A stretch of 18,098 nt of DNA from Spirochaetia bacterium (GTDB lineage: Bacteria > Spirochaetota > Spirochaetia > DSM-27196 > PWMO01): assembly GCA_041686235.1 (NCBI GenBank), contig JAWLED010000059.1, positions 1 through 18,098 on the forward strand, given 5' to 3'. Under the pieces are notes generated by a model, which had not been told where the DNA came from, ran no database searches, and saw only the letters and a list, made by a program, of their open reading frames with translations. Below are positions 7,248 to 15,662 of the stretch, piece by piece (position 1 is the first letter of the stretch; each line of letters opens with the position of its first letter). The translations under genes and the position numbers were made by a program.

Positions 7248-8333
7248 ATGAGACCCTATAGGTCGAGCGTTACAGTAATTCTCGCTGCATTGATCCTCGC
7301 GGGTGCGTTTTATGCACTCGACGGGGGGTATTTGGTTCGGCAAGGCATCGGCTACTTCCACACGGTCATACTTGCCCGCGACTTCGACACACTTCGTGCT
7401 CAAGAAGATCTTGATAAACCTACCGAGCACCTCTTAGAACGCGTTGAAGAAATCCGCAGGTTTGCGCACGAAGAGCTCGGACTGAGAAAAACCGAAAACT
7501 TCACACGATACAGCGAGGTTAATCGAGACTATTTGGTTACCGTGGTTTCGGTTGTGCGGGACGACCGAATGCAACGCGGGACGTGGAATTATCCCGTCGT
7601 TGGTGAGCTTTTCTATCGAGGTTACTACAATAGCTCTCAGGCACAGCGGGTAGCGGCGCGCCTCGAAGCACAGAATTACGACGTGCTCATCCGCGAGGTC
7701 GACGCCTTCAGCAGCCTCGGGTACTTCCCTGATCCGGTCTACAGTTTCATGTCCGACTATAGCGACTACCGTTTGGCAAACCTCATCATCCATGAGGAAA
7801 TGCACTCCACCCTCTGGCTCGAGGGGCAAAATGCGTTCAATGAAGAGATCGCGACGTTCGTCGGCGACGAGGGTGCTGCAGAGTTCGTACGGCAGAAGCA
7901 TGGGGTAGAATCTCCGGAGTATCAATCGATTGCCAAGGGGAGCGCGGATCGAAAAACATACCGGCGACTCATGACCGAGTTGCATGAGAAGTTATCCGCG
8001 GCCTACCAACGGCTCGAAACGCGAGCGGAGCGCCTCGAAGCCAAAGAACGAATCTTCGAAGAGTTCCAAGATAGGATCGCCGCCAATTACGACACCCTGT
8101 TTCGCACCGACCGCTATCGCGGTATCACCAACCTTCCGCCCGACAATGCCCGCGTAGACGCAAGCTATAAGTATGGCGGTGACCTCTCGTTGTACTACGA
8201 GCTCTATGAGGAAGTTGATCGCGACCTCAGTGAAGTCATCGATATGCTGCGTAACAGCGGAGCACGCCCCGACGCCCCGCGCGATGCCCTCAGATCGCTC
8301 CTCGAAGAGGATTCCTCGGTCGGCGACACGTAA
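7248..8333 (+). CDS. Putative zinc-dependent aminopeptidase (DUF2265/'predicted aminopeptidase'-like), N-terminal signal/anchor, HEXXH motif
   Basis: The internal ATG at 7248 begins MRPYRSSVTVILAALILAGAFYAL, a hydrophobic signal peptide or anchor. A HEXXH zinc motif, IIHEEMHSTLW, is present. The overall length is ~360 aa. The family assignment is from memory, not a search. Confidence 0.55.
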   Translation: MRPYRSSVTVILAALILAGAFYALDGGYLVRQGIGYFHTVILARDFDTLRAQEDLDKPTEHLLERVEEIRRFAHEELGLRKTENFTRYSEVNRDYLVTVVSVVRDDRMQRGTWNYPVVGELFYRGYYNSSQAQRVAARLEAQNYDVLIREVDAFSSLGYFPDPVYSFMSDYSDYRLANLIIHEEMHSTLWLEGQNAFNEEIATFVGDEGAAEFVRQKHGVESPEYQSIAKGSADRKTYRRLMTELHEKLSAAYQRLETRAERLEAKERIFEEFQDRIAANYDTLFRTDRYRGITNLPPDNARVDASYKYGGDLSLYYELYEEVDRDLSEVIDMLRNSGARPDAPRDALRSLLEEDSSVGDT

Positions 8334-8377
8334 CACTCGCTGCGATACGCGACGTCACTATCCGAGCAGCTACCGTC

Positions 8378-10246
8378 TTACGCGAGCGATTCGAGCTCTT
8401 CCCACCACTGGTAGGCGTCGGAAATCTCGCGCTCGAGCTCGTCAAGCCGCTCGGTAAGCTCCCGCACCGTCGAGCCGTCGGCCTCCGTGTCGCGGTAGAG
8501 GGCAGGGTCGGAGAGTTTGCGATGAATCTGCTCCTGTTCGGCCTCCAACTCTGCGATTCGGTCCGGCAGTAGCTCGAGCTCGCGACGCTCTTTGAATCCG
8601 AGTTTGCGCGGTTGCTCGGCGCGTCGCTGTCGGTTTGTTTTGCCGCTTGTTTTGCTGCCGGCCTTCTCGCTCGTGGACTCTCGGCGGCCGGCGTGCTGTC
8701 GGCGCTCACGCTCACGTTCGCGCCAATCGGTGTATCCGCCGGAGTATTCGACGACCTGAGCATCTCCGCTCAGTACGAGGCACTCCGTAACCACGTTATC
8801 GAGAAACTCACGGTCGTGGCTCACGAGAATGATCGTCCCATCGTAGTCGATCAGAAGCTGCTCGAGCAGCTCGAGTGTTTCGGTGTCGAGGTCGTTGGTC
8901 GGCTCATCGAGGACCAAAACGTTCGACGGGCGCGCAAAGAGCTTTGCCAGCAGTAACCGGTTGGTCTCTCCGCCGGAAATGCCCTTCGCAGGCTTTTTCA
9001 TATCTTCTTCACTGAAGAGAAACTCTTTGAGATATCCGGCAAGATGACGCTCGCGGCCGGCGTAGCGTACCCGATCGTAGCCGCCGCCGACGTTCTCGTA
9101 GATCGATGCCTCGGGATCGATACGTGCCCGCATTTGGTCGAAGTAGACGACCTCGAGCCCGGTGCCGTGCCGGACCGTCCCTGCATCCGGCGACAATTCT
9201 TTGAGCAGTAGGCGAACGAGGGTGGTCTTGCCGCTGCCGTTTGGGCCCACGATACCCACGCGGTCGCCGCGCTCGATCATGGTCGAAAGCCCCGATATGA
9301 TCGACGTTTCCCCGTAGCCGAAGCTGAGCTCTTCGGTCTCGATCACCATATCACCCGAGCGCTCTGCGTTCTCGATCGACATCCGTGCGGTTTCCGGACG
9401 CTCCCGCCGCTGTCGATGCTCCTCGCGCATCTGCTCTAAGCGCCGCACGCGGCCCTCATTGCGGGTCTGACGGGCCTTTATGCCTTTGCGAATCCAGGCT
9501 TCCTCTGCGGCAAGTTTCTCATCGAATTTGCGTCGCTCCTCCTCTTCCTGTTCGAGTTGCTGTTGGCGCCGGCGGACGAACTCGTCGTAGCCGGCATCAA
9601 AACTGTAGAGCTTACCGCGGTCGAGCTCGGCGACTCGAGTGGTTAGCCGTCGTGCCAGGGCGCGGTCGTGGGTAACCAACAACAAGGCGCGCTTCTCGAC
9701 GTTCGACAATCGGAGGAGATAGTCTTCGAGCCATAGGACGGTGTCGATGTCGAGGTGGTTCGTCGGCTCGTCGAGAAGGACCGCATCCGCTCCGGCGGCA
9801 AGGGTGCGGGCGAGCAGTACCCGACGCAGCACTCCGCCGGATGCCGTTGAGAGCTCCGTGTCCGCCCCGACCCCGAGGCGGGTGAGAAACTGCTCGGCTT
9901 CGAGACGTCTGTGAGCGAGCGTCTCGTGGTCTTCGTCCGGACCGGCGTCGAGCGCGGCGTCGATCGCCGATCCGCTCCATCCGTGGGGAATCTGCTGATC
10001 GAGGTACGCAAGCCGTGCCCCCGCCTGAACGCTCACCCGGCCCTCGTCGGGAGTCAGTTTCCCGGCCGCAATTCGCAGGAGGGTGGATTTGCCCGCGCCG
10101 TTTCTGCCCACCAGACTGATCCGCTCACCAGGCTGCACGTGCAGCGAGACGTGGTCGAGAACAGGGTCCCCGCCGAAGTTGTAGTACACATCGTGAAAGC
10201 CAAGAAGCGCCACGGCCGCACGGTAGCACAACCGGCGCCGCCGCAT
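8378..10246 (-). CDS. uup: ABC-F family twin-ATPase (Uup-like) with C-terminal basic/coiled-coil domain
   Basis: There are two complete ABC cassettes (Walker A GRNGAGKST and GPNGSGKTT; signature LSGG-like motifs; Walker B LLDEPTNHLD and LVLDEPTNDLD). A charged inter-domain linker is rich in E/R/K. The C-terminal Arg/Lys-rich segment plus coiled coil is typical of Uup. There are no TM segments. The exact start is uncertain (ATG 10246 or GTG 10213). Confidence 0.85.
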   Translation of the reverse strand: MRRRRLCYRAAVALLGFHDVYYNFGGDPVLDHVSLHVQPGERISLVGRNGAGKSTLLRIAAGKLTPDEGRVSVQAGARLAYLDQQIPHGWSGSAIDAALDAGPDEDHETLAHRRLEAEQFLTRLGVGADTELSTASGGVLRRVLLARTLAAGADAVLLDEPTNHLDIDTVLWLEDYLLRLSNVEKRALLLVTHDRALARRLTTRVAELDRGKLYSFDAGYDEFVRRRQQQLEQEEEERRKFDEKLAAEEAWIRKGIKARQTRNEGRVRRLEQMREEHRQRRERPETARMSIENAERSGDMVIETEELSFGYGETSIISGLSTMIERGDRVGIVGPNGSGKTTLVRLLLKELSPDAGTVRHGTGLEVVYFDQMRARIDPEASIYENVGGGYDRVRYAGRERHLAGYLKEFLFSEEDMKKPAKGISGGETNRLLLAKLFARPSNVLVLDEPTNDLDTETLELLEQLLIDYDGTIILVSHDREFLDNVVTECLVLSGDAQVVEYSGGYTDWRERERERRQHAGRRESTSEKAGSKTSGKTNRQRRAEQPRKLGFKERRELELLPDRIAELEAEQEQIHRKLSDPALYRDTEADGSTVRELTERLDELEREISDAYQWWEELESLA

Positions 10247-10285
10247 CTACGCACCATCGTATACGCACCGCCATTAATATGCCTC

Positions 10286-10313
10286 GTGACGAGATCCGGC
10301 AGAGTACGGTATA
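10286..10313 (+). promoter_or_regulatory. Putative promoter for the small OMP gene: -35 GTGACG, 16-nt spacer, perfect -10 TATAAT (10308-10313)
   Basis: The TATAAT hexamer lies 37 nt upstream of the ATG at 10350. The alternative ATG at 10314 sits inside this element and is therefore unlikely to be the start. Confidence 0.35.
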
Positions 10314-10349
10314 ATGTGTAGAGACGACACGGAGGCGTTACGGAGCCTA

Positions 10350-11072
10350 ATGAAGCTCACAAAGATATCAATAATCGCCCCGGTTCTCGGGGTTTTTCTT
10401 CTGCTCTCGGCTGTCCAGACACCGGCACAGACCTCGTACGTCGGGGTCAAAGGCGGGATTTTCGCCGGCTTCTACGGAGGCGAGGACTGGAAAGATACGA
10501 TTTCCGAGATCGACGGCCAAACCGGTGTTAGTGCCGAGAACGCCTTTAGAGCGGGGTTTGCACTGTCAGGCCTCGTGGAAATCGGGGTGAGCCGTACGTT
10601 CTCGATCCAACCGGAAATCGGATACGCGCGGCGAAGCGGCGGAGTGGTGACGGAAGAAGACGACAGCGACAATGAGCAGCAAAGCCTCTTCATGTACGAT
10701 CTCATTGAGATTCCCCTATTCTTGAAACCCCACGGGAGAATAGGAGATCACCTGACTCTCTACGGTTTGTTAGGTCCTAGGGTGAGTTTTCTTTTTGGGG
10801 ACGTGACCGCCAGAGGTAGGGAAGAAACCGACAACGACACGACGACCACGACTTCTGAAAGAACACCGGATAATACGGTCTTATTTGGTGGCTCCGTGGG
10901 CGCGGGGCTCGCCGGCGATGTCAACGGCGCGCGCATTCTGTTCGAAGCGCTATACTCACGGCACTTCAACTCCGCTTTTGAAGAAGTGGACCTCTTAGGT
11001 CAAAACGAGACAACGAAACGACCGATCCTCAACAGCATCGGCCTGTGGCTCGGAGTAGACTTCCCCATCTAG
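10350..11072 (+). CDS. Small outer-membrane beta-barrel protein (OmpA-N/OmpW-like 8-strand barrel family), secreted
   Basis: The signal peptide is MKLTKISIIAPVLGVFLLLSAVQTPAQT. Alternating hydrophobic/aromatic beta-strand patterns are present (YVGVKGG, FALSGLVEIGV, FSIQPEIGYA, LFGGSVGAGLA, ILFEALYSR), with a low-complexity D/T-rich surface loop. GGAGG/ACGGAG boxes lie upstream. Confidence 0.6.
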   Translation: MKLTKISIIAPVLGVFLLLSAVQTPAQTSYVGVKGGIFAGFYGGEDWKDTISEIDGQTGVSAENAFRAGFALSGLVEIGVSRTFSIQPEIGYARRSGGVVTEEDDSDNEQQSLFMYDLIEIPLFLKPHGRIGDHLTLYGLLGPRVSFLFGDVTARGREETDNDTTTTTSERTPDNTVLFGGSVGAGLAGDVNGARILFEALYSRHFNSAFEEVDLLGQNETTKRPILNSIGLWLGVDFPI

Positions 11073-12256
11073 AACGAGTAGGTAAATCCGGTGCTCAGCG
11101 TGGCCGCTCCCGAGCGCTCCCACGCGAAAACGTTCGTGTTGTCTCCGCTCTGCACGCCGGCAAACGCCACCAATTCAAATCCGCCGAATACATTCCAACT
11201 CACCCCGGTGCTCATGTAAGCCGAGAGATCGATCGGTGACACAATCGAGCGCAGCACAACGGATACCGTACGCCCGGGGCTCAGAACGAGCTCCGGGTAT
11301 AGGGTGAGCCCGTACTCGCCCTGGGGGTCATTCTTGTCCTCCCACGCGCCCCCCGGGCGGATGAGCGCCTCGAGTCGAGCGTCGAGGTCTACCTCGCGGC
11401 CGAGAGTGAAGCGGTTGTAGGCTCCGAGGCTGAAGGTCGCTCGTTCGTCCACCGCATCTCCGTCGGCATCGCCCCCGATATCGCCGTCTATCGAGAGCCG
11501 CCCCGCGCCGTAGACGTCCACGCCTATGAGCCCGACGACGGTGAGGACCGTTTCGTGGCGCCCGCTTGTGCCGTCATACAGGTAGGCCGGCTCGAGCGTG
11601 AAATTCCCGAGCTCGAAGCTCAGACGCCCACCCGCTCGGCTACTGCTGAGCTCAGAGGGCTCATCCCCGGAGCCGGTCGACGGGCTTCCCTCGGTCGGGA
11701 GGTCGGGGAGGATAATGGGCTCGAAGTATGAGAACGAGCCGAGCGGAACATACACCGCGCTCAACCACGTGGTTTCATTACGCAGGTCGTCCGATATCTC
11801 GAAAAAGTCGGCCGCGCCGGTTCCGTCCGCGCCAAAAATGACGTCGGCGGCGTTGAACAGACGCCCCATACCCCACGAAACGCGGTCGCGCCCGGAGGTC
11901 ACACGCACCGTGTAGTCCTCGGTCAGCGGAAACCGGAAGCGTATAGAGGCACGGGGGACGGTTACCGTGGCCGCTTGCTCGGTATCCCCGGTGTTCGAGC
12001 CGGTGGTCTCGCCAAGAACGGCATCGAGTGTGAGGCGAGCCTGAACGTTGCGGTCACGCTCGGAGCGGAGGTCGAGTTCCCCGCGGCCATAGCCGAGCAA
12101 TCCGAGCTCGTCCTTGGCGCCGTTCCATGCGAGGGTGTTTAGCGTCTCGATTTCCCCGTCGATCCGCGCCTGGGCGGCAAGCGGGAGCGGGGCGATGGTA
12201 CACAAAACCGCCACTATCGCGCACCACAGAGCCGGTCCGCCGCGTGCGCCTACCAT
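11069..12256 (-). CDS. Outer-membrane beta-barrel protein (395 aa), last gene of the minus-strand operon
   Basis: GGAGG is 7 nt before the ATG. The signal peptide ends at AAQA. The sequence is dominated by alternating hydrophobic strands with G/D-rich turns and ends with the OMP C-terminal signature ...STGFTYSF (terminal Phe). The start overlaps the upstream LolA_like gene by 7 nt. Confidence 0.6.
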   Translation of the reverse strand: MVGARGGPALWCAIVAVLCTIAPLPLAAQARIDGEIETLNTLAWNGAKDELGLLGYGRGELDLRSERDRNVQARLTLDAVLGETTGSNTGDTEQAATVTVPRASIRFRFPLTEDYTVRVTSGRDRVSWGMGRLFNAADVIFGADGTGAADFFEISDDLRNETTWLSAVYVPLGSFSYFEPIILPDLPTEGSPSTGSGDEPSELSSSRAGGRLSFELGNFTLEPAYLYDGTSGRHETVLTVVGLIGVDVYGAGRLSIDGDIGGDADGDAVDERATFSLGAYNRFTLGREVDLDARLEALIRPGGAWEDKNDPQGEYGLTLYPELVLSPGRTVSVVLRSIVSPIDLSAYMSTGVSWNVFGGFELVAFAGVQSGDNTNVFAWERSGAATLSTGFTYSF

Positions 12257-13116
12257 GAGAGCTCCTCCAGCGAAAAAATATTCGAGGGAAGATCAACCCC
12301 GATTTCCACACTTTCGAGGATCATGTCCGTGCTGCTCGACCTGCGGGTCGTGTCGTCGATGCGCAGGTGTATCGGGAAGTGGTAGCCGTTCCGACGTGTG
12401 GTCTCGAGGACGCTGATCTCTTTCAACTGCCGTCCGCTGCGCGCGTACTGCTCGCTTTTGAGGAGCACGAAGTCCTCGGCATCGACATAATAGACTTGCC
12501 GTGGATACGCTACATTGGTGCCGCGCGCCTCGAGCTCGATCTTATACGCGTTGCGCCCCTGGATTTGTTCTTCACCTTGGAGATTCACCCGATAATCATC
12601 GAGTAGCCCCCGCCCCCCGGTCATATCTTCGTAGGAGAGATCCGATCCCAGAAGCGAGTCACGCAACGCCGAGCCCTGCAACCGGATTACTTCCCGCGCA
12701 TCGGGGTAATAGAGATACAGATTATCGTCGCGGCGAAGGATCCGCTGGCCGTCTTCGTCGCGCGAGGTAAACTCTACGAGAAATCGATCTTCGCCTTCGC
12801 TGTGCATGATAAACGTGCTTGTGCGCTCACCGAAGCGGTCGTTTATCACCATGCGCCCCTCGACAATGCTCGTGGGGTGTGTTTGGTTCTCCTCCATCCG
12901 CTCGATAATATCTTCGCCCGTCATCTCCTCGGCGGGCAGACTGAGCGGTGCGAGGAGCACGAAAGCGGCAAGGGCGGGGAGGGCGGCCACCATTCGCCGC
13001 CGAGTGCCGGCCGTGCGGCGGGCGGCTCGGCGCTCGCCGGCACGGTGGTCGCCCGTGCGGCGGGCGGCGGCCCGCATTACGCAGATTCGTGTTCTCATAC
13101 GTGAAACTTTTCTCAT
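12250..13116 (-). CDS. LolA_like 'outer-membrane lipoprotein-sorting protein' family protein (distant LolA/LppX fold), exported
   Basis: AAGGAG is 7 nt before the ATG at 13116, immediately after the permease stop. The hydrophobic export segment is MVAALPALAAFVLLAPLSLPA. The mature part carries the SDLSYEDM motif (GSDF/LSYEDM is the family hallmark) and the typical ~230-aa core. It starts with an unusual Arg-rich 41-aa N-terminal extension, so the alternative start is M42 at 12993. Confidence 0.6.
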   Translation of the reverse strand: MRKVSRMRTRICVMRAAARRTGDHRAGERRAARRTAGTRRRMVAALPALAAFVLLAPLSLPAEEMTGEDIIERMEENQTHPTSIVEGRMVINDRFGERTSTFIMHSEGEDRFLVEFTSRDEDGQRILRRDDNLYLYYPDAREVIRLQGSALRDSLLGSDLSYEDMTGGRGLLDDYRVNLQGEEQIQGRNAYKIELEARGTNVAYPRQVYYVDAEDFVLLKSEQYARSGRQLKEISVLETTRRNGYHFPIHLRIDDTTRRSSSTDMILESVEIGVDLPSNIFSLEELSW

Positions 13117-13134
13117 ATTCAGTCTCCTTCCCGG

Positions 13135-14361
13135 TTAGTCGCGGAGCGCCTCCACCGGCTTCAACTTCGCCGCCCGTCGGGCGGGGAAAAATGAGGCAAA
13201 CATCGCAATCGCCGACGAGTAGACGAACACCACCACTGTCGAGCGCAGATTCAACACCGGATACAGTACCGTCGACATCTCCATGTTTGCCTGTTCCATT
13301 GCCTGGCCGAAATCGATGCCGAGGCGTTGCAACGGCAGCGTAGCACCGATGCCGAGCACCACTCCCAACAGAGAGCCGGCAAGGCCGAGATAGGCGGCCT
13401 CGATGAAGAACAGGCGAACGAGCTCGCGGTCGTGCATTCCCATTGCCGTGAGGGTACCGATCTCACGGGTGCGCTCGTGAATCGTCATCATCGTGGTGTT
13501 GATCACCACGGTGCTTCCGAGCAAAAAGAAGATGAGCGCGATGATGTTGTAGACGGCGTCCGCCATTTGAAGATACGCGTAGCCGCCGCTGACCTCTGTC
13601 CACGGGGTAACGCTCATCCCCTCGATACCGCTTTCGGAAAGCGCTGATCGAACCGCGGCCTCGACCGCGCTCAGCTCGCCGGTGTCACTTTTCACGAGCA
13701 CCTCGGTTGCCGCATCGCCCATACGCGCGTAACGCGACGCGGTGTCAATCGGAAGTATAAAGGTGTTGTCGTTCAACCCGGCCATGGGAAACACGGCAAG
13801 GCCCACCACGTCGACGCTGAAACCGTTCGACCTTCGGTTTCGCGTGCGGGTAAGGAAGGTGGCCATATCTCCGATTCCGACATCCAGCTCCTCGGCAAGC
13901 CCGGTTCCGAGGATTGCCTCCCTCGTTCCCGGCTGGGGAAGTCTCCCCTCGGCAACAATTGTATCGAGCTCTTGATACCTCTGCTCGAGCTGGAGATCGA
14001 GTCCTATTCCGTTGGCTGCGATATGCTGCTCGCCGCGAAAGGCCGCACCGGCAATCTTGATCCGGGGGCTCACCGCCGAGACGGCCGAGCGCTCTGAGAG
14101 GCGATCGACGAGGCGCTCGTAGTCGGGAACCACGTAATGAACCGGGTTGAGGTGCTCGTATCGATCAAAATCGGCATTGCGAATACGGATCTCTCCGGTC
14201 TCGTAGTTCCAGGCGTTATGGCGAACGTCAACCTTGATACCTTCGAAAATCGAGAAGAGCATGGTGATGGCGAACGCGGCGATTGCGATGGCGATTATCG
14301 AAAGGAGGCTTCGCCTTCCGTTTCGGAACACGTTACGGAGTGCTATGGACGCGATCTTCAT
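13135..14361 (-). CDS. FtsX-family ABC permease with large periplasmic domain (MacB/LolC/LolE type), copy 2
   Basis: The start is taken at M61 of the ORF-track translation (ATG 14361; GGGAG SD; 10 nt after the upstream stop). Topology is TM1, then a ~230-aa periplasmic domain, then 3 C-terminal TMs, i.e. the MacB/Lol architecture. The longer ORF-track start would overlap the upstream gene. Confidence 0.8.
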   Translation of the reverse strand: MKIASIALRNVFRNGRRSLLSIIAIAIAAFAITMLFSIFEGIKVDVRHNAWNYETGEIRIRNADFDRYEHLNPVHYVVPDYERLVDRLSERSAVSAVSPRIKIAGAAFRGEQHIAANGIGLDLQLEQRYQELDTIVAEGRLPQPGTREAILGTGLAEELDVGIGDMATFLTRTRNRRSNGFSVDVVGLAVFPMAGLNDNTFILPIDTASRYARMGDAATEVLVKSDTGELSAVEAAVRSALSESGIEGMSVTPWTEVSGGYAYLQMADAVYNIIALIFFLLGSTVVINTTMMTIHERTREIGTLTAMGMHDRELVRLFFIEAAYLGLAGSLLGVVLGIGATLPLQRLGIDFGQAMEQANMEMSTVLYPVLNLRSTVVVFVYSSAIAMFASFFPARRAAKLKPVEALRD

Positions 14362-14371
14362 TTGCTCTCCC

Positions 14372-15628
14372 TCATGCGTGGCGCAGCGAATCGGTGATGC
14401 TGCGACGAAGAATACGCCGGGTCGGCACAATCGCGACGACGCCGGCGAGGACAACGGCAAATGCCGCGCTCGCAACCATTGTCGGAACGTTCCACACGCC
14501 GTAGAGGACCCCATCGAAGCGGAAGTCCATCTCGGCTCCATCCATCAAAACGCCGTAATCGAGGCCGTAGCTTACCGACAGCCACACCAGCACCGACCCG
14601 AGGGCCACCCCACCGATCGCCCCGATGAGGCCGATTCCGGCCGCCTCGTAGGCGAACATCGAGCGGATCTCCCCGTTTCGAAAGCCCATTGCTCGCATCA
14701 TGCCGATCTCGTTCTCGCGCTCGAGCACCGACATCAGCATGGTATTGGAGATACCCACCACGGCGATGAGCCCGAGGAGCAGAAGGATTATGGCATTCGA
14801 GGCGTTCTCCATCTCCATGATCTCCGCGAACTCTTCGTTGAGACGCTCGAAGCTCAGAAACTCGACGTGATCGAAATCCGAGAGTACCTCCCGCACCGGC
14901 TCGGTATCGGCCTCGCTTGGAAGTGTTCCGGGAAGCGACATGTGGATGGAGGTCACCGCACCGCGCATTTCGAGATATTCGTCGGCTACCCCGATGGGGA
15001 GAAAGGCCTGGTAGCGGTTGAGAATGGGATTCGACGTGTTGAAAATGCCGACGATTTCGAGATCCATGATTTGGTGAAACCCGTCTCGCGTACGGGTCGT
15101 CACTGAGATGGGATAGCCGATCTCCGCGCCAAGCCGCTCGGCAAGCCAGCGACCGATCACCACCTCTTCTTGCCCGGCGTGCGGAAAGCGGCCCTCGACG
15201 ATTGCCTCGGAAAGCCCAAACACTTCGGGGTCACGCTCCACATCGATTCCGTAGAAGGTGCGTTGTATCGAGCCGTCTTCGGGGAACGGGTCATAGCGTA
15301 CGATGAGCTCCCCGCGAAACGCCACACGCGGCGCCGCGGGGATTCCTTCTCGCTCCAGTGCTTCGAGGATCTCTTGCGGGGTTTCAATGACGCGGTCGAG
15401 TGGCAGCGTCTCGCGCTCGTCCCAGTAGCCCGGCGCCGTTGCTGCCGCGTCGCCGGTCTCGTAGCGAGAGACATTTCGGTTATTCTCGGCGGCAAACCCT
15501 TCGAGGAGCGAGCTCATCGCCACGAATATCGCCACGCCGAACGCGATTGCGCTCGCGGTGATGAGCGTCCGGCGCTTGTGTCGCGCGAGGTTTTTCGCGG
15601 CGAGGGCGATGAGAAATCCGCGCGGCAT
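14372..15628 (-). CDS. FtsX-family ABC permease with large periplasmic domain (MacB/LolC/LolE type), copy 1
   Basis: The start is taken at M41 (ATG 15628; GAGGGGAG SD; 35 nt after the ATPase stop). It has the same architecture as the downstream paralogue, so the two probably form a heterodimer as LolC/LolE do. Confidence 0.8.
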   Translation of the reverse strand: MPRGFLIALAAKNLARHKRRTLITASAIAFGVAIFVAMSSLLEGFAAENNRNVSRYETGDAAATAPGYWDERETLPLDRVIETPQEILEALEREGIPAAPRVAFRGELIVRYDPFPEDGSIQRTFYGIDVERDPEVFGLSEAIVEGRFPHAGQEEVVIGRWLAERLGAEIGYPISVTTRTRDGFHQIMDLEIVGIFNTSNPILNRYQAFLPIGVADEYLEMRGAVTSIHMSLPGTLPSEADTEPVREVLSDFDHVEFLSFERLNEEFAEIMEMENASNAIILLLLGLIAVVGISNTMLMSVLERENEIGMMRAMGFRNGEIRSMFAYEAAGIGLIGAIGGVALGSVLVWLSVSYGLDYGVLMDGAEMDFRFDGVLYGVWNVPTMVASAAFAVVLAGVVAIVPTRRILRRSITDSLRHA

Positions 15629-15662
15629 TCGCTCCCCTCGTGTACGTCGGCCACCCAGCATC

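Noticed and set aside
8334-8377. Possible terminator in the 44-nt gap between the convergent peptidase and ABC-F genes
   Set aside because: Only imperfect short complementarity (cgctgcg / cgcgacg) is present and there is no T-run. I cannot support a terminator call from the sequence.
12993-12993. Assigning the LolA_like start firmly to M42 (the classical signal peptide) rather than to the SD-supported M1
   Set aside because: This is not rejected outright, but M42 has no recognisable SD whereas M1 has AAGGAG at ideal spacing. I kept the long form as the primary call and flagged the ambiguity instead.
14362-14541. N-terminal extensions of the two FtsX permease ORFs (starts at 14541 and 15748) and of the isomerase (TTG 321), OMP (ATG 10314) and peptidase (TTG 7197) ORFs
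   Set aside because: The extended versions overlap the preceding gene in another frame or sit inside promoter elements. Internal ATGs with SD boxes at the right spacing (14361, 15628, 405, 10350, 7248) give proteins that begin exactly where the conserved domains or signal peptides begin.
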